From Deltaproteobacteria bacterium TL4 (GTDB lineage Bacteria; SAR324; NAC60-12), in NCBI GenBank assembly GCA_051382335.1, contig JBBCAX010000375.1:1-29815 (forward strand): 29,815 bases of DNA, read 5' to 3'. Below, in pieces: positions 1 through 8,427 of this stretch. The stretch's first letter is position 1; each line of letters starts with the position of its first letter. Under the pieces are notes generated by a model. That model was not told the origin of the DNA and did no database searches. It saw only the letters and a list, made by a program, of their open reading frames with translations. Made by a program: the position numbers and the translations under genes.

Positions 1-36
1 TAAAGTTAATTGACTGGAAAACAAAGTTTGTGACAT
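1..36 (-). CDS. 5' end of a gene running off the left edge (MSQTLFSSQLTL...)
   Basis: ATG at 36 (minus) is preceded by a strong AGGAGG RBS and the frame is open to the window edge. Too short to assign a family. Confidence 0.55.
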   Translation of the reverse strand, partial: MSQTLFSSQLTL

Positions 37-112
37 AAGACCTCCTGATTCACAAAAAAATTAGAGTGGTTATCAATAAGTCTACATCAATTGTCTTTAT
101 AAAAAAAATTTC

Positions 113-967
113 TTGCCGAGAAGTCACCTTTCAAGAGGATTGCAGCTAATTATGATCTCTACTCTAGCACAATTCTTTATCTTCCTCCAATGCTCCCTTT
201 ACGCAAAAGAACTGTCTGATATAAAATTGTTAGATGAAACTTTAGTTCTAGACAATGATAGCCTTTTCCGATGGTTTGGATACAATCAGGGGAAATGGTA
301 CACCAATGAAGATGCGTGGTACACTCATGGTTTGAGCTATGAACGTCGCTATGACAATTCCGAGACGTCAGGAGATTCCAAGCCGCTCTCATCAACAAGG
401 GGATTCCTGATCGGACAACAAATGTATACCCCGGATGATCTTACGGGGGAAGAGATTAACCGGAAAGATAGACCTTATGCTTCTTTATTATATGCAGGGC
501 CTTTTTCAGAAAAAATACTCGATTCTCAAATCCAAATAAAAAATAGCATCTTATTCAATGTATTAGGACCCAACACGTTAGGAGGACTTTCTCAAAATAT
601 TATCCACTCCTTATCAGGAAAAGCCCCTAGAGCACGGGGATGGAAACATCAAATTCAGCAAGAGCTTGGCGTGCAAGTATCACAAGCCTTTACAAAAAGG
701 ATTTCATATTCCAGTTCCTCGCAAGGGGAAACCTCCATCACGGGCTCCTGGCAAATAGGAAATATTTTTACAGATATTACCTCAAGTATCCAAGTACGTT
801 GGGGTGAAAAACTACAGTCTTTGAGCGTTCCAAGCTCTTTAGATACCCGATCTTATTTTACCCGATTAATCTGTAAAAGGGTATTTTATGATGGAACCAT
901 ACAAGGTGGCTGGTTTGGCCAATATATCAACCCTAGTAACAGGGCTGTTCAGTTCTCCTTCTTTTGA
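113..967 (+). pseudogene. Lipid A deacylase LpxR family (DUF2219) outer-membrane protein, C-terminally truncated
   Basis: Motifs DND, D..YT.G, GQQMYTP.D, DRPYA, LGP..LG...Q..IH and GW.HQI..E.G. The last residues (NRAVQFSFF) are encoded by the MITE starting at 940. The true start may be ATG 152. Confidence 0.75.
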
Positions 968-1070
968 GTGTCAACCGGATGGTAGGCGGGGATTACAGGC
1001 CCCGCCAACTCCAAAAACGTGTTTTTGATGGGCACGTAGTCCCGTCCTACCAGAGAACTGAACAGCCCTG
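940..1070. mobile_element. 131-bp MITE-like element with perfect 18-bp terminal inverted repeats
   Basis: CAGGGCTGTTCAGTTCTC (940-957) and GAGAACTGAACAGCCCTG (1053-1070). CAGGG termini are typical of the ISAs1 family. No target duplication is visible. Confidence 0.8.
980..1052. repeat. GTAG-type REP doublet (REPIN-like), copy 1
   Basis: TGGTAGGCGGGGATTACAGGCCCCGCC followed by the inverted unit TGGGCACGTAGTCCCGTCCTACCA. A related copy lies at 24008-24088. Confidence 0.75.
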
Positions 1071-1071
1071 A

Positions 1072-1395
1072 TTTTATACCCAAGCTCTTGATTGCAAAGT
1101 GCTTCGAGGTGGACCAGATACGACAAAATTAATTGCCGAGAATGTAGTGATCTATCTTCTAAAAAAAGCATCAGAATCTAATCCACTCATTACTGGAACT
1201 GCTTCCAGGAAATATGATCGACATTGGACGCCTGTACACCTGGACTTCAACATAACAGATTTCGATCATAGGCTATCTTTAGTACGAGAATTCGGTGGAG
1301 TACATGAAGGCTCCAATTCAGGGGAGTGGGGTTCTATCGCGTTTTGTGCAGATCCTTTTGGAAATGGGTTTTGCCTATGCCAGATAAAGAATTAG
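1072..1395 (+). pseudogene. VOC/glyoxalase family protein, 5'-truncated
   Basis: The frame reads FYTQALDCKVLR...YDRHWTPVHLDF...WGSIAFCADPFGNGFCLCQ, matching a VOC subfamily. The first beta strand and helix before FYT are missing, and an in-frame TGA (1069-1071) lies at the MITE edge. Confidence 0.75.
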
Positions 1396-1480
1396 TCATA
1401 ATAATTCTCCGCGTCGTTTCTCTGTTTTTCAGAGGGTGGTGGCATCCGTTATTTTTTTCAATCGCATCATTGGGGCACAA

Positions 1481-1502
1481 GCGGGTTAACTCACCGTTGA
1501 GC
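1481..1502 (+). other. 3' half of an attC-like site (cassette 5' boundary, core GTTGAGC)
   Basis: GCGGGTTAACTCACCGTTGAGC resembles the L'/R' end of attC sites, with GTTRRRY at 1496-1502. No RYYYAAC partner is seen upstream. Confidence 0.5.
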
Positions 1503-1548
1503 GTCAAGGGGTTCCATCACTGTATAGCAAGCTGAACGAGAAAGTACT

Positions 1549-2124
1549 ATGAGTCAATACGACTTTGACCAAGACCAAGTGGAGTTCAAGGAGTCCTACG
1601 CTCACTATCGGCACTTGGAGCAGGAACGCTCACGTCACCTTAAGTTCTTCTTGGTGATGGTGGGAGCTTTGTTCGGTTTCCTTGGCTTCTTGGTGAAAGT
1701 TGATCAGCCTGTCACTAATTGGGCTTGGTTTCTATTCGTCTGTGGGCTGGTTATTGTTTTTCTGCAGATTCTCGGCACTGTTACCTTTATAGCCATACGT
1801 CGCGTTGGCGACGCCCATGCGCAACACGCTAAAACAATTCGTTACTTGAGAGGCAAACTGAGTTCTGATAGGTACGTTTCTGAGCTTTGGGAAGCTTTCG
1901 AACGCAGAGCACATGTCAGCGTGCAATATGCGGCTGAGATCACGCTGCATTTATTCGCCTTCTTCTTTGTTGCGGCAGCGTCCGTCGGCGCAATTTATGC
2001 GCTCTATTCCAAGGTCGTGCTCTGTTGGCAGGGCGCCCTCGTGCTTGCCCTTACGCTCGTTTCTGCGGTTGTACACCTTGGAGTTTCAGTATGGCTCAAG
2101 GCACCGAAGGGAGATACGACCTAA
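1549..2124 (+). CDS. Hypothetical membrane protein (about 4 TM), integron cassette gene
   Basis: 191-aa ORF with four hydrophobic segments and higher GC than its flanks. Its stop codon TAA lies within the attC R'' box. Confidence 0.8.
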   Translation: MSQYDFDQDQVEFKESYAHYRHLEQERSRHLKFFLVMVGALFGFLGFLVKVDQPVTNWAWFLFVCGLVIVFLQILGTVTFIAIRRVGDAHAQHAKTIRYLRGKLSSDRYVSELWEAFERRAHVSVQYAAEITLHLFAFFFVAAASVGAIYALYSKVVLCWQGALVLALTLVSAVVHLGVSVWLKAPKGDTT

Positions 2125-2175
2125 CAATCGACTCCAGCGGGTTCGTAAACTCGCGGCTGAGCCGCAGCGTTGGGC
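2119..2175 (+). other. attC recombination site (57 bp)
   Basis: ACCTAAC (RYYYAAC, 2119-2125)...CTCCAGCGGG...CGCGGCTGAG...GTTGGGC (GTTRRRY, 2169-2175). It is an imperfect palindrome with the size and layout of aadA-type attC sites. Confidence 0.8.
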
Positions 2176-2180
2176 GTCTA

Positions 2181-3335
2181 TAGTACTAGGAATTAGGTTT
2201 GGTATTATATTGATATTATGAAATATTCTTCTATATTTTTTATAGGAGGTGCCTATGAAAATAGAAGAATGTCAGTTTACTTTGGAAGAAATTAAAAAAC
2301 TTGAGCAGTACCGAGACACTCAACCGGATGCTCGACTCAAACAACGTTTTATCAGCTTATTGATGCTGTCTGAAAAATGTTCTCCAGAACAGATCAAACG
2401 AGTGTTGGGAGTTCCGCAATCCACCCTCAAACGATGGGTTGAAATTTATCACACCCAAGATGGGGATGCCTTGAATTCCTTTCAGTACAAGCCCAAAAAG
2501 TGTTATTTGAGCAAAGAACAAACAAAAGAACTCAAGCAGTGGGTCAAAGAGAACTTGCCAGGGAATCGAGAAACGATTGTGGCCCACATCCTCAAAACTT
2601 ACGAAGTCGACTATGATGAAAGCTCCGTAGGCAAATTATTGAAACAACTTGGGATCAAGAAACTCAAACCGAAGATCCAGGCCGGAAAACCGCCTTCTCT
2701 TGAGCGACAGGTTCGGTTTTTTCTGGATTATCACCAGTTTCGAAAGTTCGCACAATTTGATCCGGATTTTGTGCAACTTTTTGTCGATGGGGCTCATCTG
2801 CACCATCAATTGATCCCAACCTTGTGTTGGGGAGATCCTCAAGACCCTCCTGTGTTACAGACTAACACAGGTCGGCAACGATTGAATATTCTCGGAGCCT
2901 ATAATGCGGAAACCTGTGAGTTTATTCATCTGACAGAGGAAGCTAACTGTGATTCTTCCCAAGTCATCCATTTTTTGAAAAAGATCTTGAACCACTATGA
3001 TCACTGTCATTCCATTCTGCTGCATTTGGATAATGCTCCTTATTTTCATTCTGAAAAAGTGCGACAGTGGTTGGAGAATCATCCCCAGATCATTTTATGT
3101 CCTTTACCTCCTTATGCACCCAATTTGAATCTGATTGAACGCCTTTGGAGATTTATCAAAGGTCATTTAGTCCGTAATCGTTATTACGAAAAATATAAAA
3201 CCTTCAGAGCCAAGGCCTTTCGGCTCCTCAATCATGTTTCTGATTTTGAAAGTGAGCTTAAACAACTCATCAACCATAAATTTGAACTGGTAATTGGCAA
3301 AAGTCATGCCTAACCAAACCTAATTCCTGGTACTA
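2181..3335 (+). mobile_element. IS630-family insertion sequence (1155 bp)
   Basis: TIRs TAGTACTAGGAATTAGGTTTGGT (2181-2203) and ACCAAACCTAATTCCTGGTACTA (3313-3335) with 1 mismatch. TA is present on both sides (2179-2180, 3336-3337). Confidence 0.92.
2255..3313 (+). CDS. IS630 family transposase (single ORF)
   Basis: N-terminal HTH region and DDE motifs FVDG, LDNAPYF and LPPYAPNLNLIERLW. An AGGAGG RBS precedes ATG 2255. Confidence 0.93.
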   Translation: MKIEECQFTLEEIKKLEQYRDTQPDARLKQRFISLLMLSEKCSPEQIKRVLGVPQSTLKRWVEIYHTQDGDALNSFQYKPKKCYLSKEQTKELKQWVKENLPGNRETIVAHILKTYEVDYDESSVGKLLKQLGIKKLKPKIQAGKPPSLERQVRFFLDYHQFRKFAQFDPDFVQLFVDGAHLHHQLIPTLCWGDPQDPPVLQTNTGRQRLNILGAYNAETCEFIHLTEEANCDSSQVIHFLKKILNHYDHCHSILLHLDNAPYFHSEKVRQWLENHPQIILCPLPPYAPNLNLIERLWRFIKGHLVRNRYYEKYKTFRAKAFRLLNHVSDFESELKQLINHKFELVIGKSHA

Positions 3336-4056
3336 TACATGAGATTTTCCCAGTTATTTTGCCTCCTTTATTAAATTCTGTAAATGTTACAGAACAAAAA
3401 TCAGTATCCGTCCTGCCAACATAAAAATCTGAAAGTCCATATGGTGAATCTCCAATGCTTTTTACAGATATTCCTGTATTGGCGCTATCAGTCATTTTTA
3501 ATTCTGTTCCTATTTCTGGTATCACATATAAAAGCACATCAAATTCAATAAATTTTCCACCTGAAATCACACTATTGTTAGAGAGTTTTATCCTCATATC
3601 AAGTGAGTCATCAATACTATTAAAGTCACATTTAGTCCATTCTTCTGTGAATGATGTCCCATTAATCATCATATCTTTCTTTTGAGGTGTGATAGTAAAA
3701 TTTGCTTTTTTAATATCACTGTCGGATGAAAAAGTACTAACTCTATACTCGATTGTCTGTGTCTCATTAATAGTTAAACAATCGACAGTGCTGTCATATA
3801 GACCAGCACTATAGCATTCATTCCCTAGCATTTCCCAATTGCCAGAAGCGTTTTTGAATTCAATATATCCATCCTCTTTATTTTTCGTAAAAACTACAGC
3901 AATACCATGAGTATACTCTCCCGGTTCTGGATTTAACGTTATTTTTATTGAATCCACCTCTTTTTTGGCTTCCTTTTCTTACTCCTCCTCAGATGGCGCA
4001 CAAGAAATTGATATAACCAAGGATAAAGATGTAATAAAAATTAGTAGCTTTTTCAT
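3310..4056 (-). pseudogene. Putative lipoprotein, premature stop plus IS630-truncated C-terminus
   Basis: ATG 4056 with GGAGG RBS reads MKKLLIFITSLSLVISISCAPSEEE*EKEAKKEVDSIK..., with a lipobox-like ISC and an in-frame TAA at 3979-3981. The terminal VPGIRFG comes from the IS TIR. Low GC. Confidence 0.75.
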
Positions 4057-4145
4057 GTTTCCCTCCATTAATAATTTAAGCAAAAATACTCAAGAGTCTT
4101 TTATATTAAGACATTAACATGACAACGAAGGGACAATATATATTG

Positions 4146-4351
4146 TATGGTGGACCCCATTGTCAAGACCACTTTCCCTTTAAAGGACGCACTATGAACT
4201 TTTCTTTTACTTTCCATAGCCTATTCTCTCTTGAAGGTGATTCGTTACTTTGACTTCTGAAATTGATACCAAACTGAAGGCTTCCAGAACTCAGCGTTTT
4301 TTATAAGATTTTTCACCTTAAATACTGGTCTAAAATATGGGGTCCATTATA
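4146..4351. mobile_element. IS3-family-like internally deleted remnant/MITE (206 bp)
   Basis: Imperfect TIRs TATGGTGGACCCCATTGTCAAGACCA (4146-4171) and TGGTCTAAAATATGGGGTCCATTATA (4326-4351), 20/26 identical. No transposase between them. Confidence 0.6.
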
Positions 4352-4463
4352 TGGCTTCAGCCAGCAGTCAGCTTTTTAAGCGGGTAAGCACTATGGTGTC
4401 GCTTTTCAATTTGCTGCTCAAGCGGACCGTGACTGTCATTGATTCTATACTGGAGACTTTCAC

Positions 4464-4478
4464 TGATTATCATTCTCA
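4464..4478. promoter_or_regulatory. Candidate Fur-family box
   Basis: TGATTAT-C-ATTCTCA matches the 7-1-7 Fur consensus TGATAAT-n-ATTATCA at 12/14 positions. Confidence 0.35.
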
Positions 4479-4695
4479 GCAAAACTATGCGATTTGCGAT
4501 ATTTCAACGATTTTTATTCCGATTTTTATTTTTTATTAACTTCAAATCATCCCGTTTTCACTTTACTTTCCCCACTTTTATTGTTAAAGACCTCCACAAA
4601 CCTATTTGAATTTCCTTAGACGTAGAAAGAACTCTCCACAACAGAGTCGGCCTAAAGACGAATCTTTTCACACTTATGACTGGGAAAAAGAGTTT

Positions 4696-5511
4696 ATGGA
4701 TATAAAAAATACCTTGAAGAAAATATTTCCCAAGAGTGCGTTGGACGATATCATCCGTAGTGTTAACAAAGAGGTTGGCAGTATGGGATATGATCCTTGG
4801 GGATATCAGGAAGAAGTTTCGGCAATGGGATTAAAATTCATCGAGTGGTTTTATGATCACTATTTTCGCGTAGAAGCTTTTGGCATGGAAAACATTCCCA
4901 AAAAGGGAGGAGTTTTGTTGATTGCGAACCACAGTGGTCAACTCCCGATGGATGGGATTTTAATAGGAGCCGCTGTTGCGCTAAAAGCGCCTTCTCCCCG
5001 TGCGACACGGGCAATGATTGAACGGTTTTTTCCTACAGTTCCCTTTGTTGGGAATATCATGAACCAAGTCGGTGCCGTTGTTGGAGACCCCTCCAATTGT
5101 ATCAGAATGTTAGCATGTGGTGAAGTGGTTACTGTTTTTCCTGAAGGTGTCGGCGGTTCTGGCAAGCCTTGGGAAAAACGTTATCAATTACAACGGTTTG
5201 GCTCCGGTTTTATGCATATTGCAATGAAAACTCAAGTTCCGATTATTCCCGTAGGCGTGGTAGGATGCGAAGAGACGATGCCTTCTTTTGGAAGTTTTGA
5301 TAAACTGGCAAAAGTTTTAGGACTTCCCATGATTCCCATCACGCTCCCCGTTATTTTGCCGGCAAAAGTATATTTGCATTTTGGAAAACCGCTTTCTTTT
5401 GATGCAAACACAGACAGTGAAGAAGAAATTATGAACCGGGTGGAACAAGTTAAAGATGAAATCCGGGCTTTGATCGAAATTGGACTTGAAAAACGAGAAA
5501 GGATTTACTGA
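4696..5511 (+). CDS. Lysophospholipid/1-acyl-glycerol-3-phosphate acyltransferase family protein
   Basis: NHSGQLPMD (H-X-D block), VFPEG, GFMHIA and PIIPV motifs. ATG 4696 is preferred over TTG 4606. Confidence 0.88.
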   Translation: MDIKNTLKKIFPKSALDDIIRSVNKEVGSMGYDPWGYQEEVSAMGLKFIEWFYDHYFRVEAFGMENIPKKGGVLLIANHSGQLPMDGILIGAAVALKAPSPRATRAMIERFFPTVPFVGNIMNQVGAVVGDPSNCIRMLACGEVVTVFPEGVGGSGKPWEKRYQLQRFGSGFMHIAMKTQVPIIPVGVVGCEETMPSFGSFDKLAKVLGLPMIPITLPVILPAKVYLHFGKPLSFDANTDSEEEIMNRVEQVKDEIRALIEIGLEKRERIY

Positions 5512-6464
5512 TGGCAACAAATAATAAACCTCAAATTTTATTGACGGGAGCCGGTGGAGAACTGGCTCATCATGTGAGCAAAAAGCTGGCAAAGGATTAT
5601 GAAATCGTAGGTGTTGATTTTCGCTCAAGCTCACACTATGACGATCAAATTGTGCGTTATCGGTTGGATTATTCAAAGCGAGGCTTTGAAGATGTTTTTC
5701 GCAAGCATCAATTTGATGGAATCATTCACATAGGACGCATTCGTTTAACTGAAACGGATCGTTTTAAACGCTATAACGTCAATGTGCTGGGTTCACAGAA
5801 ATTGATGGAGTTGGCAAATAAATACAAAGTCCCTCGTGTCCTTATTCTTTCAACCTTTCACGTTTATGGGGCTCATCCTTATAATCCCTCTTTATTGGAT
5901 GAAACCTTCCCGCTGAAGGCCTCGAACCTTTCTTCGGAACTGGTTGATAGTGTCGAATTGGAAAACTTGATTGCCATTGCAAGGTTTCGTTTTCCTGACG
6001 TCAAATTTACTGTTTTGCGTCCTTGTAATATTGTGGGACCAGGGGTGAATAATCAAATCAGTACGTTGTTGGCCAGCAACCGGGTACCCGTTTTAATCGG
6101 GTTTTCTCCATTAATGCAGTTTATCCATGTGAATGATGTGGCCGAAGCCATGGTGAGAGCGTACAAAGGAGACAAGCCCGGAGTCTATAATGTCGCCCCT
6201 GATGATTGGGTCCCTTATACAAAAGCACTCGAACTGGCGGGGGTAAAACCCGTGTGGTTCCCCTCAGTTCCTCCGGCTCTCACAGAACGGATATTTTATT
6301 ATTTAAATCGGAAGGACTTTCCCTCCTACATGGTCAATTTCTTTAAGTATGCGGCTGTTCTTGATGGGACACTCTTCAATGAAACCTTTGGTTTCAGAGC
6401 TAAATATACGCTGTCACAAATTTTCAGTTATTATCTGCAGCAAAAGAAATTAGAAGAACCTTGA
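5511..6464 (+). CDS. NAD-dependent epimerase/dehydratase (extended SDR)
   Basis: TGAGGELA Rossmann motif, NVLG, LST..VYG, LRPCNIVGP and QFIHV.D. It overlaps the upstream stop, suggesting translational coupling. Confidence 0.85.
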   Translation: MATNNKPQILLTGAGGELAHHVSKKLAKDYEIVGVDFRSSSHYDDQIVRYRLDYSKRGFEDVFRKHQFDGIIHIGRIRLTETDRFKRYNVNVLGSQKLMELANKYKVPRVLILSTFHVYGAHPYNPSLLDETFPLKASNLSSELVDSVELENLIAIARFRFPDVKFTVLRPCNIVGPGVNNQISTLLASNRVPVLIGFSPLMQFIHVNDVAEAMVRAYKGDKPGVYNVAPDDWVPYTKALELAGVKPVWFPSVPPALTERIFYYLNRKDFPSYMVNFFKYAAVLDGTLFNETFGFRAKYTLSQIFSYYLQQKKLEEP

Positions 6465-6493
6465 TTTAAAATTAAGTCAATAAAAGGGGTTTT

Positions 6494-7225
6494 ATGAACT
6501 GGGTGAGTCTTTTAATTCTGGTCTTTATGGCTTCTCCTTTTCCTGTTTTCTCACAGGAAAAGGACCCCCTTAATGTCGTGAGTGAGGAGTGGGAAGGTGC
6601 GACGAATAAGGATGGATCAGGGTTTTATTTTGATTTGCTGAGGGAAATCTATACCCCTGAAAAAATGAAGGTCAGTGTTCAGGTGATGCCCTATAAACGC
6701 GGCGTGATCCTGGTTGAAAAACAGGTTGCCGATTTGTGGATTGCCTCTTATCTTAATGAGGAAGATTTTGCGATTTATCCTCAATGGCATTTCGATAAAG
6801 ATAAAGTCGCTGTTATTTTCAGAAAGGATCAGGTTTCTGAATGGCAAGGTGAAAAATCGCTGACAGGGAAACGGATAGGTTGGATTAGGGGGTATCACTA
6901 TGATGAATATTTTAAGGTGAACGTCACTAAAAATGAAGTCAATAGTCGCCAGAGTGGTTTTAAAATGTTAGAGTTAGAACGTTTGGATTTTTTTGCGGAT
7001 GACTCCTCAGAACTGGACCTGGAAATTCAGCGGAGCCGCTTTGATATGACAAAATTCAGAAAAGAAGTCTTGTTTAAATTGAATTTGTACATGGCCTTTC
7101 AAAAGACGATCAGAGGGCAAAACCTTGCGGGAATCTGGGATAAACGCATCAAAGCATTACATGAGTCAGGCCAGTTGAAAGCTTTCTACAAAAAATACGC
7201 GTATACCGATTATCCCTTTGACTGA
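6494..7225 (+). CDS. Periplasmic substrate-binding protein (amino-acid ABC family 3-like)
   Basis: Signal peptide plus G...DLLREI, PYKRG, L.GKRIGWIRGY.Y, RLD and L.ESG.L..FYKKY motifs. Confidence 0.8.
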   Translation: MNWVSLLILVFMASPFPVFSQEKDPLNVVSEEWEGATNKDGSGFYFDLLREIYTPEKMKVSVQVMPYKRGVILVEKQVADLWIASYLNEEDFAIYPQWHFDKDKVAVIFRKDQVSEWQGEKSLTGKRIGWIRGYHYDEYFKVNVTKNEVNSRQSGFKMLELERLDFFADDSSELDLEIQRSRFDMTKFRKEVLFKLNLYMAFQKTIRGQNLAGIWDKRIKALHESGQLKAFYKKYAYTDYPFD

Positions 7226-7320
7226 GGATGACGTCAGGATACATCCTGCGGGAGAATATCTTAAAGAGGATTCAGACTATTCTCTTAATGACTTAAAAGA
7301 AGTGTATTGTTTAAGGAACG

Positions 7321-8343
7321 TCACTCGAAATATTCTATATGAGAGAAGTGAATCGGAGACAGTTTAGGAATTTTTGTTTTTGCATTTTGCCCACAAACGT
7401 GATCCCAGTTTCCAGCGCTTATTCCTTGAACAGGACGGAGAAATATAACGTTATCAAGACTGAGCACTTCGCCTTCAGCAATATCCCGCTTTGCATATAA
7501 TCCTCGCCTAAATTCTTTGCGTCCCACTATTTCATTTTCTGTTAAAGGTCTCGGAAAGACACCTTTGATTTTAGCAATATTATTGCAAAAGACGCTCAAT
7601 GCCTGCAGTTCTGATGGAAGAATTGAAATTTCGTTATCAGAGTCAGGGAAGCGATCTTGAAGCGTTTTATCCGTGGTAAAATGCTTTTCAATAACGGCAA
7701 CACCAAGCGATGCCGCAACAAAAGGCGCTTCTAAGCCTAAGCTATGGTCCGATAATCCCACAGGAACATTAAAAGTTTGATCCAACCCTTCCAAGTTGGC
7801 TAAATGCATATCCTCTAAGCGGGTTGGGTAATCAGAAATACAGTGTAAAAGAACCAATTGCTCATTTCCTGTATTTGAAACGGTTTCGATCAACTTTTGT
7901 ATTTCTCCTAAATCTGCCATTCCTGTAGAAATAATGAGAGGTCGACCCTTTTTAGCAACATATTCAATAAAAGGATAATTATCATTATCCATGGATGCAA
8001 TTTTGAAAGCGGCAACCTCTAACTCATCCAGTAAATCCGCAGACGTTTGATCATAAGGCGTAGAAATCAAAGTAATTCCAGCACTACTGGCTTTGGAGAA
8101 TAAACGCTTTTGAGCATCCCATGACAACTCCAGAGCCTGGGTGCTTTGAAAATTACTCAGAGACGGATGAAAAAAATCTGCCGTTATAAACGACTGTAGT
8201 TTTACAAAATCAGCTCCTGCGTTGTGGGCGGATTCAATCATTTTCCAAGCCAACACTTCATCACCACCATGGTTGATTCCAACTTCTGCAATAAGAGCCG
8301 TTCTATTATGAGGCCATAGAGGCCAATTGGGATATCGTTTCAT
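7321..8343 (-). CDS. neuB: N-acetylneuraminate/nonulosonate synthase (NeuB family, C-terminal SAF domain)
   Basis: IAEVGINHGG, GAD.VKLQ, KIAS, ISTGM, LHC.S.YP, GLSDHS and IEKHFT motifs, plus the RRGLYAKRDI..GE SAF domain. Confidence 0.9.
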   Translation of the reverse strand: MKRYPNWPLWPHNRTALIAEVGINHGGDEVLAWKMIESAHNAGADFVKLQSFITADFFHPSLSNFQSTQALELSWDAQKRLFSKASSAGITLISTPYDQTSADLLDELEVAAFKIASMDNDNYPFIEYVAKKGRPLIISTGMADLGEIQKLIETVSNTGNEQLVLLHCISDYPTRLEDMHLANLEGLDQTFNVPVGLSDHSLGLEAPFVAASLGVAVIEKHFTTDKTLQDRFPDSDNEISILPSELQALSVFCNNIAKIKGVFPRPLTENEIVGRKEFRRGLYAKRDIAEGEVLSLDNVIFLRPVQGISAGNWDHVCGQNAKTKIPKLSPIHFSHIEYFE

Positions 8344-8427
8344 TTTTTCTCTTTCTAAGATAAAAAATCTCTTTTCTAAGAAATTTCATGATTAATGGTA
8401 AGCTTCCAGTGTCCATCAAAAATGCCT

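Noticed and set aside
1326..2221. Alternative ORFs 1326-1535, 1732-1950 and 1913-2221
   Set aside because: They overlap better-supported genes and run across attC or IS boundaries, with no family motifs.
4351..4539. 62-aa ORF on +, and a short minus-strand MTVTVRL... frame
   Set aside because: No RBS or motif support. The minus frame stops after 23 codons, too little to call an RHH remnant.
7235..7290. Small hairpins between the convergent SBP and neuB genes
   Set aside because: Stems are short or imperfect without clear U-tracts, so I did not call a terminator.
8348..8381. Short direct repeat TCTCTTT(T)CTAAGA upstream of neuB
   Set aside because: Only two low-complexity copies, so no function can be supported.
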